DNA of 63,731 nt, filler included, from Phoronis australis (Eukaryota > Animalia > Phoronida), in the NCBI GenBank assembly GCA_002633005.1. It is 8 parts of 8 records of this genome, joined end to end, with 100 filler letters (N's around TTAATTAATTAA, not from the genome) between each part and the next. Parts side by side here need not be neighbours in the genome. Positions count along the whole stretch, not along the records: positions 61,129 to 63,731 come from NMRA01001950.1; 7 more parts are not named here. One strand, 5' to 3'. Under the pieces are notes generated by a model, which saw nothing but the letters and a program-made list of their open reading frames with translations, ran no database searches and was not told the origin of the DNA. Both the position numbers and the translations under genes were made by a program. Shown here in pieces: positions 63,192 to 63,731 of the stretch. Positions within the stretch are counted from its first letter, which is position 1, and every line of letters begins with the position of its first letter.

Positions 63192-63455
63192 ATATACGAG
63201 ATGATGATCGTCCGTCACGGCTTCATGATTGTCGGTGAGCCGTTTGGTGGTAAGACCTCGGCCTATCGCGTGTTGGCCGGTGCCCTCGGGGACATCCATG
63301 AGAAAGGACTGATGGATGAGAACAAGGTGCAAATCACAGTCATCAACCCCAAGTCCATCACAATGGGACAGCTCTACGGTCAGTTTGATCCCGTCTCGCA
63401 CGAGTGGTCTGACGGTATTCTAGCCATCTCTTACAGAGCCTTCGCCTCGTCTACA
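63192..63455 (+). CDS. DNAH7: Axonemal dynein heavy chain exon (AAA2 P-loop)
   Basis: [32 protein letters not shown]...[24 protein letters not shown], 264 bp, phase 0-0. Confidence 0.92.
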
Positions 63456-63731
63456 GTAAGTGAACAGTATGATGGTTATTTGTGTGCCATTCATGCATTT
63501 TATTGTTTGTCATCTTTTAAAGAATGTTTGGGGAATGTTAGTAGGAATTGAGGCTTATGCCTAGGTGATCAATTGGGCTTTATAAAGTTTACACAAATCA
63601 AATGTTATACTTGGAATGGTGGTGGCGTAGAAATAAAATTTTTATGTTTCTAACGATCGATGTTAAATAATTTAATATGAGTTGTGTGGTGATGGTGTTG
63701 ATGAGGATGGTACTGGTGACAATGTCATGGT

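Overview
Repeat-rich invertebrate animal (eukaryotic) draft-genome sequence, not prokaryotic. It consists of at least eight segments joined by identical artificial 100-bp spacers (44 N + TTAATTAATTAA + 44 N), so adjacency across spacers may not be real. I recognise spliced fragments of five host genes: (1) a minus-strand gene with a signal-peptide exon and four phase-1/phase-1 fibronectin type III exons (18148 to 7092); (2) ARAP-family ankyrin/PH exons (21268-23273, +); (3) four THOC1 exons (29632-32139, -); (4) the 3' end of a gene with a BCL11-type C2H2 finger and an acidic tail (33575-35476, +); (5) two exons of axonemal dynein heavy chain, most like DNAH7 (62474-63455, +). The rest is largely decayed and nested transposons: a near full-length RTE LINE with TSD, a DIRS1-like element inserted into a LINE, a Gypsy integrase remnant, a Kolobok-like remnant (THAP plus P2X7-C-terminus/KolX-like Cys domain), ISL2EU-like THAP elements, and Harbinger-, hAT5-, P- and Mutator-like MITEs. 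I see no CRISPR array, rRNA or genuine tRNA, and no clearly new multi-gene system. The most unusual signals are 25-28 bp P-like micro-insertions with perfect 7-bp TSDs, several CA-ended MITE families with 5-bp TSDs, and a THAP gene split cleanly by a 9-bp-TSD insertion. All family assignments come from recalled motifs, not from database searches.
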